From Marsupella aquatica (lineage: Eukaryota; Plantae; Marchantiophyta), in the NCBI GenBank assembly GCA_973895155.1, contig OZ316891.1, positions 24,241,899-24,305,898 of the forward strand: 64,000 nt of DNA. The letters run 5' to 3'. Made by a program: the position numbers and the translations under genes. The notes under the pieces are model-generated. The model saw nothing but the letters and a program-made list of their open reading frames with translations. It ran no database searches and had not been told where the DNA came from. The stretch's first letter is position 1, and every line of letters begins with the position of its first letter. This document shows positions 48,401-57,090 of the stretch, piece by piece.

Positions 48401-50075
48401 GCCTGGTTGCTGCATCGGCAAGTCTTCCTTCCTGGGCCTAAACACCTGCTCGATCGTAGGACTAACAGGTGGTTGAGGCTTCTCAGCCAACGGCCTCGGC
48501 GTTGGAGCTTCCTCGGGTGCCCTTACCTGCAGGGGAAGTACCGGGGCAAAAGTCTGACCTCTGGCATACCGGCACAACAGCGGCATGTGATAGCCAAGCC
48601 GCGACACGCTCCCCATGCCGATTACCTGCTGCTCCTCCTTTAAGATCTTCTTCAATTGGTTGAGGAGGTACCCGTTGTAGTCCCGGCTTGGGTCTGGCCT
48701 TTCTGCCAGATAGACCTGTGCCTTGCCGATCTCTGCCCTCGACAAGTTACAATGCATGGTCACCCGCAAGAAGTCGATCATCTCTCCTATGTGCGGGTTG
48801 GTGCAGGTGTTCCGGAAGAAGCCATTCTTCGTTGATGGCCCGGGGAACGACCGGAACTCCTTGTCAGGCAGGGTCTTCCTGGTATCAACTTTGGTCTTAT
48901 TGCCTATTGGCAAGCCAAACACTTCGGCAATCACCTTGGGAGTAAGATAGAAATCCTTCCCATATATCCTCGTGCAATTGGTCTCGGGTTCCCATGACCC
49001 CACGAATTCTAATAGGTCTGACTCCGGTACCTCCGGCTTCAGCCATGGTAATCTTACAAAGGCCTCCAAGCCGGATCCGGCCATGAAGCCTTGGTACTTC
49101 TTGGTCTGCATGGCCGTAAAGCATGCATCCTCCTCCCGTGCAAAATGTAGTTGCACCTCCACCGGTAGGGTTTCCGCCCAGCCCTTCCAGGTGTCATCCC
49201 TGGTTGGAATGGCCTTGATGGGATTGACCTCCTCCTCTTCGGCTTCTCCCTGCCTCCTGCTCTGCTGCTCGGCTGGCTTCTTTGGTGCCGCCGACCTCGT
49301 TCTTTTTGCCGGGGTGGCTTCATCGTTGACGGCTCCCTTCCTCTTCATCTCTGCTGCCGTGGAGGTTTCTCCTAGCACCGTTGCCTGGGTCCACCTTTCC
49401 GTGCTACCCTTTAATTCCCAGTGTATGTCGTTGCAGTTCTTGATGGCCTCTCGGATGCCGACGACGCTGTCTTTGCAAAACAGAAGATCGTCGAGTTGAT
49501 TGGAAGTAGGCGTCCACAGGAACTCGTCCTTGATGAGTTCGCCTCCTAAGAAAGCCGTCTTCTGCAGCTCCCACAATCGAGCGAGCTCCTGCCGTTCTCG
49601 AGCTGCCCTTTCTGACTCCTCGTCCTCGTAAGTCTTGATGTACTCAGTTGCCCGTTCGAACAGGCATCCCCAGAAATGTGCCGCTTGATTGACGTTGCTC
49701 ATACCCTCCTTAGGTCGATCGTCGGTATCTACTCTCTCCCCGAGTGCTTGCCTAAGCAGCTGACAGTAGTTGGCCTCCCGTAGTCGTCTGCCTAGTTCGT
49801 GCTCGCAAATGAGCCACCATCTCCTGCAAGCGCTCCTTACCCCTCTCCTTTGCCGGTCCTTCTTCCCGTTGATCCTTCCTAGCCGCCGACGCTTAACGCG
49901 CCCTAACCCTAATCGGGTTTTCACCCTCAGCCTTACCTCCGGCCTCTACCCGGGTTCCATGGTTGCCCCTAATTGTTTATATTTTCCTTGTTTTGTCACT
50001 ATACTAAGGTGTTCCTAGGGTGCCTTCCTGCTTTACCCACTTAACCGGCCGAGTGATTCCTGTCTAGGCATCACA
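45447..50075 (-). repeat. Gypsy-A 5' LTR (4629 bp), contains eORF-A
   Basis: Bounded by the PBS and the TSD; both termini match the short 3' LTR; full-length homology to the solo LTR 2660-7364. Confidence 0.95.
46565..49702 (-). CDS. eORF-A: LTR-encoded 1045-aa protein of unknown function (plant-mobile-domain/Transposase_32-like core, long coiled coil, NLS-like motifs)
   Basis: Uninterrupted ORF (open from 49924, ATG 49702); GLEAFVRLPW..LLEFV..IYGKDFYLTPKVIAEVFGLP; E/K/L-rich coiled coil; PPTKKKRKP; TATAAA at 49981-49976. Confidence 0.88.
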   Translation of the reverse strand: MSNVNQAAHFWGCLFERATEYIKTYEDEESERAARERQELARLWELQKTAFLGGELIKDEFLWTPTSNQLDDLLFCKDSVVGIREAIKNCNDIHWELKGSTERWTQATVLGETSTAAEMKRKGAVNDEATPAKRTRSAAPKKPAEQQSRRQGEAEEEEVNPIKAIPTRDDTWKGWAETLPVEVQLHFAREEDACFTAMQTKKYQGFMAGSGLEAFVRLPWLKPEVPESDLLEFVGSWEPETNCTRIYGKDFYLTPKVIAEVFGLPIGNKTKVDTRKTLPDKEFRSFPGPSTKNGFFRNTCTNPHIGEMIDFLRVTMHCNLSRAEIGKAQVYLAERPDPSRDYNGYLLNQLKKILKEEQQVIGMGSVSRLGYHMPLLCRYARGQTFAPVLPLQVRAPEEAPTPRPLAEKPQPPVSPTIEQVFRPRKEDLPMQQPGMQSLLKLLEKEKKSASATTTATATMQDTTTEVGLHRLTRENPFAGDKERIRPESKPGVRMYVGTSSSESEAELPEAPTDEEEREKPDVQEVEEAVEDCSHDNSGYGSDHHVPGVRTCGRFVPTLPRVVRGDPNQQSSPESPPPDVAPPSFDGIKQTVQEFQERIKQEEEAALAKEKDLPGGDWPEDIRRLAEKGSKPLATIEEIRRTAWEQRPRWAMPITSTYSTYAKNRAMEYGEMCGELALGIFGEELEIGPFFHREQLEKHQLEEAVALERSKKDEVIRRLRRMEAEIEDLRAAKKAQDELRIKRHELNIMQGQLDTAQADNQNIKDKLTQTQEELADTIKEREKWKQELKNTEEAHITANSRAMAETQRKEWALKGELEKIRGALEQKEVELGKSYQGIMALQQELASLTASFKADLREKDEMLKQTYAKMNQMESVIIAELDKELRATREERATLKKELEEAHREQEEAKNELEGARKDLDETQEELEEITRKMENLQRRADNQTERLKKQAAVFKCLAAAGPSPVGTNQLPGVVIAEGQAAPTAPVPEVSGKGKGPAAEPPTKKKRKPSGSRSNTTSQAMVIKEVDPAPTPDRVTAKDPTTLGSG

Positions 50076-50221
50076 CATACAATAATCCCTCTTCTGCCAG
50101 TTGAACATGAACAACGCTGAGCACTGAAGAGAGACGAGAGGAGGCATCGATTCAATGATATAAACAGTGTACACAAGTGGCACAAATTTCCCCTTTTCAA
50201 TTGCACACCCTACCGATAATC

Positions 50222-50603
50222 ATGAATTCTATTGAGAAACTCAATTTCCAAGCTCTGAAGATTGACGGCTCTAACTACTTGTCATGGACACTGGACATTG
50301 ACTCACACTTGGCTGCCAAGAACCTACAAGATACAGTAATCACCGATGCCGGAATGACGCTACAAGAGAAGGCCAAGGCTCTGATCCTCATCCGCCACCA
50401 CCTTGAAGAACCTCTCAAACGGCAGTACATGAACGAATACAACCCAAGGAGACTGTGGGACGACCTCAGCACACGATTCGACCACATGCGAATTATCTTC
50501 CTGCCAGCGGCAAGACACGATTGGGTTAATTTGTGCGTCCAAGACCACAAAACGATGGCTGATTACAATAGTGAGCTGTTTCAAATCGTAGCCCAACTGG
50601 CCA
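50222..50603 (+). pseudogene. gag: Copia-2 gag N-terminus, truncated by Gypsy-C insertion
   Basis: MNSIEKLNFQALKIDGSNYLSWTLDIDSHL... colinear with the ORF at 1002-280 up to the LTR junction. Confidence 0.9.
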
Positions 50604-53600
50604 TGTAGAGTAGGGTTTAGAGTAAGAATAACTATTCTTCTCTTTAATAGCCTAGATTCGTTCCCGTTAAGAGCTATTGAGACCTAAAAGATTGTAATAT
50701 GATACTTTGAGTACTTTTGAGTAACATACTCAGGTTACAAGCCTTTTTAACATGCTCAGGTTTATGGAAGGAATTTTATGATACTTCCATGAAAGGTATG
50801 ACGTTTGTATCGTCCATAGTGCAATCAAAAGGGGGTAAAAAGTGTTAAACAAAACCAAAAGCCAGCGGCGTGAAAACTGATAGAAGGTGAGTTATAGATG
50901 GAAATACACCTTATCACTACATAGTAACTCATGACCAGCGGTAGTACATTAAGAATCATCGGTGTAAAAACTCATGTAAAACTGATGCCTACATATCTTC
51001 TTCAAACCCGCCATCTTTAGAAAATTATAAAAGATCAGCATAAGGTAGCCCGTATTGATTTTCTGACCTATGTCAAAGCAAGGTGGTACTAATCACTCCG
51101 AACCAACTTATTCTTTTATTCAATCCATCAGATTGCTCTTTTGGATCTATGCAATTTGTGGAATTCTAGTGGTGAATTTGCATCAGCTCCTCATTGAATA
51201 CAAGAACTCTATAGTCAACACGAATCAATAGGCTTTTGCATGATCTCATGCATGCGTTTCCAGTCAGCCTATGGGTCAACCAAGCATTACTAGTCACATC
51301 AAACAGCTTTTTCTAGTAAAGGATAGTCACACACTAAGATTGAATCACAAACCATAGATTACCAAAGATTACTAAAATAGACTTCTCATTGATTTATTAC
51401 TTCAAAGAGAAGGAGACTTAAAGTTGAAAGCTAATTTCATGAAAGTCATATTAAGTCTGAGGTTCAAGGAAGAATCTCTCCCTTATATATAAGAGAGATC
51501 CGCTTGAAAAACTAGATGAAAAGACATGCCTTTTCATTATGTAAAAACTAATAAGGTTAACTAGATAAAAATAACTATACTGTGTGAAAGAGGAGGTCAT
51601 ATCACTTCCTTCCTTTCTTACAAAACATGGAAAATGGTCGGAACAAAGGCGGAAATCAAATTTCCGGTTAAACCTTCTTTTGAATATAAATTCCGGTTGA
51701 ACCTGTTTTTACAGAATCCGGTTCATCCGTCTTGGTGTTTAACTATGGCTTCAGGAATTTCTGGCTCTTCAGGAATCTCTGGAGTGATAGTGGGAGTAGG
51801 TGCTTGGCTTTGGAGGGGTTCTATAACATAGGTCACTCCTGTGGAGGTAGTAACAATGTTGCCAGGGGGAACCGGGTTGGTAGGATACTTGCCCATGAGG
51901 GAAGTCCAATCGAAAGGTCCGGGAGTGGTGGTAGGAATGGTCCTTGAGGAAGAGGTGAAATCAGGAGCAGTAGTATCAAGAGTGGTAGGTTCTCCTGATA
52001 GAGGGGATGGAGAATACTGAACTGGTGTCTCCCCATCATCCTTAGCCCAGATCTGGTGTAACTCATTCATTTGGCCCAAAATCTCCTTCATTGCATTCAG
52101 GCAATCCTCAAGTTTATCTCCATAGTCTTGAGAGATACGAATGACAGTAGCAAGGCAAGTAGGATTGGGTACTTTTACAAAGTACTCTCGAAAGAGTTCT
52201 GTTTGGACCAAATCTCTACCTCTGGTGTTCAGGAAAGGGTCCAAACGATCCACTAAATCCTCCAGACTCTCAATGGCTTCTTCCTCCTTACTCCTCTGTC
52301 TTCTCTCCTTCAGCTGGTTTTCACAATCTGTGAGTCTAACAGACTTCTCCTTGAGGTCCTTGTCCATTCTCTCCACCTTCTCCTTGTTGCCAGCAGTCTG
52401 TATTACATGCTCAAAGTTTGCTACTAATTCTGAGATTGGAACACCTGCTACTCGAGCCATCTTGGCCAGGTTCTGTTCCATGATACCCATCTTCACTTGT
52501 ATTGCCTCCATCTCTCGCTGGATGACTGAGAAATGATTCTGAGAGGATTCTGAGAGCGAACCGGAAGTAGGAATAGAGGTGCTGGCCGATTGAACCGGAT
52601 TCCGTCCTAAAGTTAACTTACGGCGCTTGGGAGGTTCAACAACTTGTACCTCTGCTTCCTCTTCGTCCTCTTCTGTGTCCTCTACCTTAACAATCTCTGG
52701 ATCTGGGACTCCATAAAGGACATAACTGTTCTTTGTCCCCAAAAGATTCTTCTCCTGTTTGAACAGGACTCCTGCTTGGGCATACAAATGAATCACGTAG
52801 GAAGACAAGGGGGTAGCCGATTTCCCATTGAGATTAGTTGCCAGCTTCTGTATCACATCATACAGGATGGTAGCCCAAGAGATAGTCCTCCCCTTGTAGA
52901 GGGTAGCAATGATAGTGCTCCCTACTCTCTGGATGACTAGTTTTGGTTTCTCTGGGTATAACAGGGGAACCAGGAAAGCCAATACCCTTCTCAAGTCTCC
53001 ATCTATGCACTGATTAACACTCCATCCTTCTTTCTCGTCCATCTTTCCTGCAAAGTAATCTATGGTGAGGTTCTCTCCTCGGGGAAGTAGACCAGAGCCC
53101 TCTGTATGCACTTGGTAAGCTTTGCCAATAGCCTCTTTGGTCCAAAGCTTGGGTTGGGCTCTGATGGTATTAGAAAACTCACTTGGGACTTCTCCAGTGA
53201 GTATCTCTCGGATAACATCTTCACTCTGCCATGCCCAGGTCATCAGAAGTAGGTTGTGGCATCCCATCCTCTCTAGATCAATCCGCAACCTCTCCTTCTC
53301 TTCTGGTCCGGTTGGTAGTACAGGTCTTAGAGGCTTCAAAGCAATAGGTAAATCCTTCCTCTTAGACCGTCAAACTTCGCTCTTGACAGGGGTAGTGTCC
53401 GCCTTCACCTTCTCAGCAGATTGGGGTCTCTGGTTCCTCATGGTGGCTCAACCGGTTCTCGTTAAGGTGAAATCCGGTTCAGAGCGGAAGCCGGGTCAAA
53501 CGTCTGGCCTTCCTTCTCCAAGATCGAAGACTATTTACTTCCCCAGCCTTCCCTCCCTTTATAGGAGTAGGCTGCCACCTTACACGATTCAGTCAATTCT

Positions 53601-54097
53601 CTCCTATACCATGCACTCACAGAGTTATCAAGAATGGTCCTCTCATCCGGACCAAAGACCCTCAACTAGACGGAAGAGCTTCCTCACACTACAACGTCGT
53701 CGCATCACTATTCGCTCGGGAGGTCAAGACTTACTTCGTTCAGCCTTGAGAGGTGTGAGGAGAGGAAAGCCGGTTCAGCCTGTTTTGGTCTCAGATTCGG
53801 CTACAGGCTGATCCAAGACTTATGGTTTAACGGTTAAGCCGCTCCTTGCATTGAGATCCTCCGGTGGAATGGACCGGACTTAGATCATTAGGGAAACCGG
53901 TTCCACGGGTTGGGGAGGTTAGAACGGATTTCTTCTGTTGAACCGGCCATCTCAACCAAGCAACTTTTCCGGTTAGCACCTTAAAGTGCTCATAGGAGCC
54001 TAACAGGTCTAAAAGGTCATAAGAGTTAGTGTTTCCAAGGGTTAAAATTTTAAAATTTCCCTTATTTCTCCTTTTACCAAATAAACATCATCTCACA
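50604..54097 (-). repeat. Gypsy-C 3' LTR (3494 bp), contains eORF-C
   Basis: Begins TGTGAGATG right after PPT GAGGAGGGGGCTA (54110-54098) and ends CTCTACA at 50604; the second copy 62801-64000 already includes the eORF-C stop codon and last codons; TATA-like TATATATAA near 51484-51492. Confidence 0.88.
51723..53441 (-). CDS. eORF-C: LTR-encoded ~570-aa protein (homolog of eORF-B core, acidic patch, NLS-like PPKRRKL, coiled coil); in-frame TGA at codon 24
   Basis: GCCACCATG at 53441 in frame with the 538-aa ORF; TGA at 53372-53370; CTATAAA about 117 bp upstream. Confidence 0.82.
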
Positions 54098-54108
54098 TAG
54101 CCCCCTCC

Positions 54109-56964
54109 TCAAATGGTGCCGCGCCCTCGCAAACCATCATCTGTAGGTAGGAAATATTTCTTCACCTGGGAACCATTAACTCGAGTAGAATGTTCTTGCC
54201 CGTCAAGGTCCGCTAGTTGTAAGGATCCATTAGAGAAGATATACTTTACTTGGTATGGTCCAAGCCACCTTGTATGTAGTTTTCCCGGAAAGGCAAAATA
54301 TCTGTTGTCATATAATAAAACATAATCCTCTTTCACAATCTTTACTGGTTTCATCTTCCGGTCAAAGCGAGAAGCACGTTGTTGTTGTTGCCTTCGAGTT
54401 TCTAAAAGAGAAAAATGTCTATCTTCTTCTAATTTTTCCAAATCTTCTAATCTACTGATTTGACTATCCTCAACGGGAAGACGGTCAGAAATATCAATTC
54501 GTGCTGTGGGTATTTCAAATTCTATGGGGACCACAGTATCTAAACCATAAACTAAATAAAAGGGTGTGCGTTTAGTGGTTATCTTTTCTGCAGTGCGATA
54601 AGCCCACAAGGCTGAATGAAGCTTTTGGTCCCAATCTGTCTTATGTGCAGAAACCACTTTAACTAATATTCTCTCCATTAACCCGTTAGCCTTCTCAGTT
54701 AAGCCATTTGCTTTAGGGTTATAAGGAGTAGTCTTCCTATGCTTGATTAGATATTTGTTAGTGATATGCTCAATGGTGTTATTGAGAAAGTGCAAGCCCC
54801 TATCACTAACAAGCTCTAATGGACAACCAAATCTGGTAATAATATCTTCAAAAAGGAATTTAGCCGCAGTGGCAGCGTCATTCTTTCTTGTGGCTCGAGC
54901 TTCAACCCATTTGGTGGTATAATCTGTTGCTAAGATAATGTATCTATTGCGAGTGTGTACAGCAGCAGGCTGTATGGGTCCTATAAAATCAATGCCCCAC
55001 TTTTCAAATGGTGCTAAAGGCATAATGGGTGTTAGAGGCCAATGGGAAGTTGCAGTAGGCTTACCCATACGCTGACATGGGTCACAAGATTGTATGTACT
55101 TGTGAGTGTCGCGGTGCATTGTTGGCCACCAATAACCAGCATCTTTTATTTTTTTAACAGTAACATTCACCGCATAGTGACCGCCAGCCTGTTCTGTGTG
55201 CATAGCTGCAATCACTCTGTCCACTTCACGTGTCTCGAGACAACGCTTCAATCTCTGGTCGGGAGTTAGTTTGTACAAAGTTCCTCGTTGTAAGGTGTAA
55301 GGACCTACCTTATGCATGAATACTGCTTGTTGTTCCTGGCTTAAGTTAGGAGGGAAGATTCCTTGAGTAAGCATTTGGACAATATCAAAGTAAAGTGAAT
55401 CTTCACCTTCCACATGCCATAGATCCTCATCAGGGAAATCATCCGATAACGGATTGATACTATCTTCACCAGGTAAGCGGGAAAGGAAATCGGCATTGTC
55501 ATGGTGTTTCCCAGGTCTTACTTGTACTTCAAAGTTAAATTCTTGTAACAACAAAACCCATCTAGCAATTATTCCTGACAAGTCGGCCTGATTCACCAAA
55601 TACTTCAATGATGAATGGTCTGTATGAAAAATTGTCTTGTATCCAAGTAGGTAGTGACGGAATTTCTTACAGGAGAAAATGACACCCAATGCTTCTCGTT
55701 CGGTGACGGTGTAGTTCTTCTCTGCAGCATTCATCTGCCGACTTGCAAAGTAAATTGGTTGATCCTTCTTATCATCATTTAATTGACTGAGCACTGCACC
55801 AATGCAAAATGCGGAAGAGTCTATGTACACATGAAAATCTTTCTCCCAATTTGGGGGAATCAACACCGGGGCTTTGGTTAATCTGTCCTTTAGTTCTTCA
55901 AAGGCCTGTTGTCTTACATTGGTCCACTCATAATCAATGTCCTTTTTCAGCAGTTGAGTCAAAGGCATAGCAATGTTAGCATAGTTTCGAATAAATCGAC
56001 GATAGTAACCAACATAGCCTAGGAACCCTCTTAAAGCTCTCAAGTCGGTGGGGGGTTGTAACTTTTGTATAATTTTAACTTTTTCAACATCCACCTCAAT
56101 TCCTCGGCTAGAGATGACATGGCCTAGTAAAATGCCTTCTTTCATACCAATAAAGCATTTGTCTGGGTGTAAGCAGAGTTGTGCCTCCCTACATTTTTGA
56201 AAGGTCAAGCGAAGTTTCTCTAAGTGTGATTCGGCTGAACTAAACACACAAAAATCATCAATAAAAATTTCTAGAAACCGATGAAGATATTCCTGGAAAA
56301 TAATCATCATTATTCTTTGGAATGTTCCAGGAGCATTACACAGTCCAAAGGGCATCACATTAAATGCATATGTCCCCCAATCCGTCGTGAAGGTGGTTTT
56401 ATCCCGATCCCCTTCTCGTACTGAAACTTGGTTGTACCTCGAGTAACCATCTAAGAAACTGAAAAGAGAGTGAGCAGCTACTGTATCAAGCACGATATCA
56501 ATGAATGGTAAGGGGTAGTGGTCCTTCCTTGTTACTGCATTCAGTTTTCGATAATCTTGACACACGCGGATCTTCACTTTTCCATCGGGGCCGGACTTCT
56601 TGGGCACAATGACAATGGGGGATACCCATTCACTACTAAGTACTGGAAAAATAAATCCTGCTTCGGTTAGCTTGTCTATCTCTTCTTTAACCATAATAGA
56701 ATACTTAGGGTTGAGACGGTACTGTCTTTGCCGAATAGGTACTGATCCTTCCAGGAGATCAATCCGATGTTGCCCAAGGTATGGGTGAATTCCTTTGATG
56801 TCTTTGTGGCTCCAGGCGAAAACATCTCGATATTGTTTCAGTAAAGAGATATACTTATCCCTTAAGTCACCTTGAATGTGTTTGCTGATATTTAGAAACT
56901 TCCCTGGTTCAATCTCAATCTTTTGGCAAGCCTTTGGGTCTACTATGCCTTCTGTGAATCCCAT
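54109..56964 (-). CDS. pol: Gypsy-C pol (RT-RNase H-integrase)
   Basis: Open 951 aa with all domains; a few substitutions in conserved motifs (LDGYSRYNQ, LSGIIARW). Confidence 0.93.
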   Translation of the reverse strand: MGFTEGIVDPKACQKIEIEPGKFLNISKHIQGDLRDKYISLLKQYRDVFAWSHKDIKGIHPYLGQHRIDLLEGSVPIRQRQYRLNPKYSIMVKEEIDKLTEAGFIFPVLSSEWVSPIVIVPKKSGPDGKVKIRVCQDYRKLNAVTRKDHYPLPFIDIVLDTVAAHSLFSFLDGYSRYNQVSVREGDRDKTTFTTDWGTYAFNVMPFGLCNAPGTFQRIMMIIFQEYLHRFLEIFIDDFCVFSSAESHLEKLRLTFQKCREAQLCLHPDKCFIGMKEGILLGHVISSRGIEVDVEKVKIIQKLQPPTDLRALRGFLGYVGYYRRFIRNYANIAMPLTQLLKKDIDYEWTNVRQQAFEELKDRLTKAPVLIPPNWEKDFHVYIDSSAFCIGAVLSQLNDDKKDQPIYFASRQMNAAEKNYTVTEREALGVIFSCKKFRHYLLGYKTIFHTDHSSLKYLVNQADLSGIIARWVLLLQEFNFEVQVRPGKHHDNADFLSRLPGEDSINPLSDDFPDEDLWHVEGEDSLYFDIVQMLTQGIFPPNLSQEQQAVFMHKVGPYTLQRGTLYKLTPDQRLKRCLETREVDRVIAAMHTEQAGGHYAVNVTVKKIKDAGYWWPTMHRDTHKYIQSCDPCQRMGKPTATSHWPLTPIMPLAPFEKWGIDFIGPIQPAAVHTRNRYIILATDYTTKWVEARATRKNDAATAAKFLFEDIITRFGCPLELVSDRGLHFLNNTIEHITNKYLIKHRKTTPYNPKANGLTEKANGLMERILVKVVSAHKTDWDQKLHSALWAYRTAEKITTKRTPFYLVYGLDTVVPIEFEIPTARIDISDRLPVEDSQISRLEDLEKLEEDRHFSLLETRRQQQQRASRFDRKMKPVKIVKEDYVLLYDNRYFAFPGKLHTRWLGPYQVKYIFSNGSLQLADLDGQEHSTRVNGSQVKKYFLPTDDGLRGRGTI

Positions 56965-57090
56965 GGACTCAAATTCCCAATTGGCCGTGTTCTCAACGGG
57001 GTCAAGTTCCGTAGGGTCAGGTGATCAAACTCTATTTTCTCGTGTAGGTTCAACAAACAAGGTAGACTTTGACGGTTGGGGTGGAAATAG

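Larger units (their letters stand above)
37906..50075 (-). mobile_element. Full-length Ty3/gypsy non-chromovirus element Gypsy-A (12,170 bp)
   Basis: Perfect TSD CATAC (37901-37905, 50076-50080); TG...CA LTRs; PBS; PPT; open gag-PR and pol ORFs; no chromodomain or extra archaeal-type RNase H seen. Confidence 0.97.
37502..50603 (+). mobile_element. Ty1/copia element Copia-2 (LTR remnant, PBS, leader, gag start), interrupted by Gypsy-A and Gypsy-C
   Basis: ...TTCAACA + PBS CGTTATCAGCACGA at 37585-37598; leader resumes at 50081; gag from ATG 50222 is homologous to Copia-1 gag. Confidence 0.85.

Noticed and set aside
46565-49924. Envelope gene, or a captured host myosin/SMC-like gene
   Set aside because: No signal peptide or transmembrane segment, no motor or ATPase motifs, intronless, and confined to LTR copies.
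46664-49983. A separate element inserted into the 5' LTR
   Set aside because: No terminal repeats; the independent solo LTR has the same sequence; the short LTR retains the 3' end of the ORF, which indicates deletion.
53122-53811. Antisense ORFs such as 53122-53811, 4147-4749, 46371-47108 and 48972-49499
   Set aside because: Shadow frames of GC-rich or low-complexity coding sequence with no recognisable motifs.
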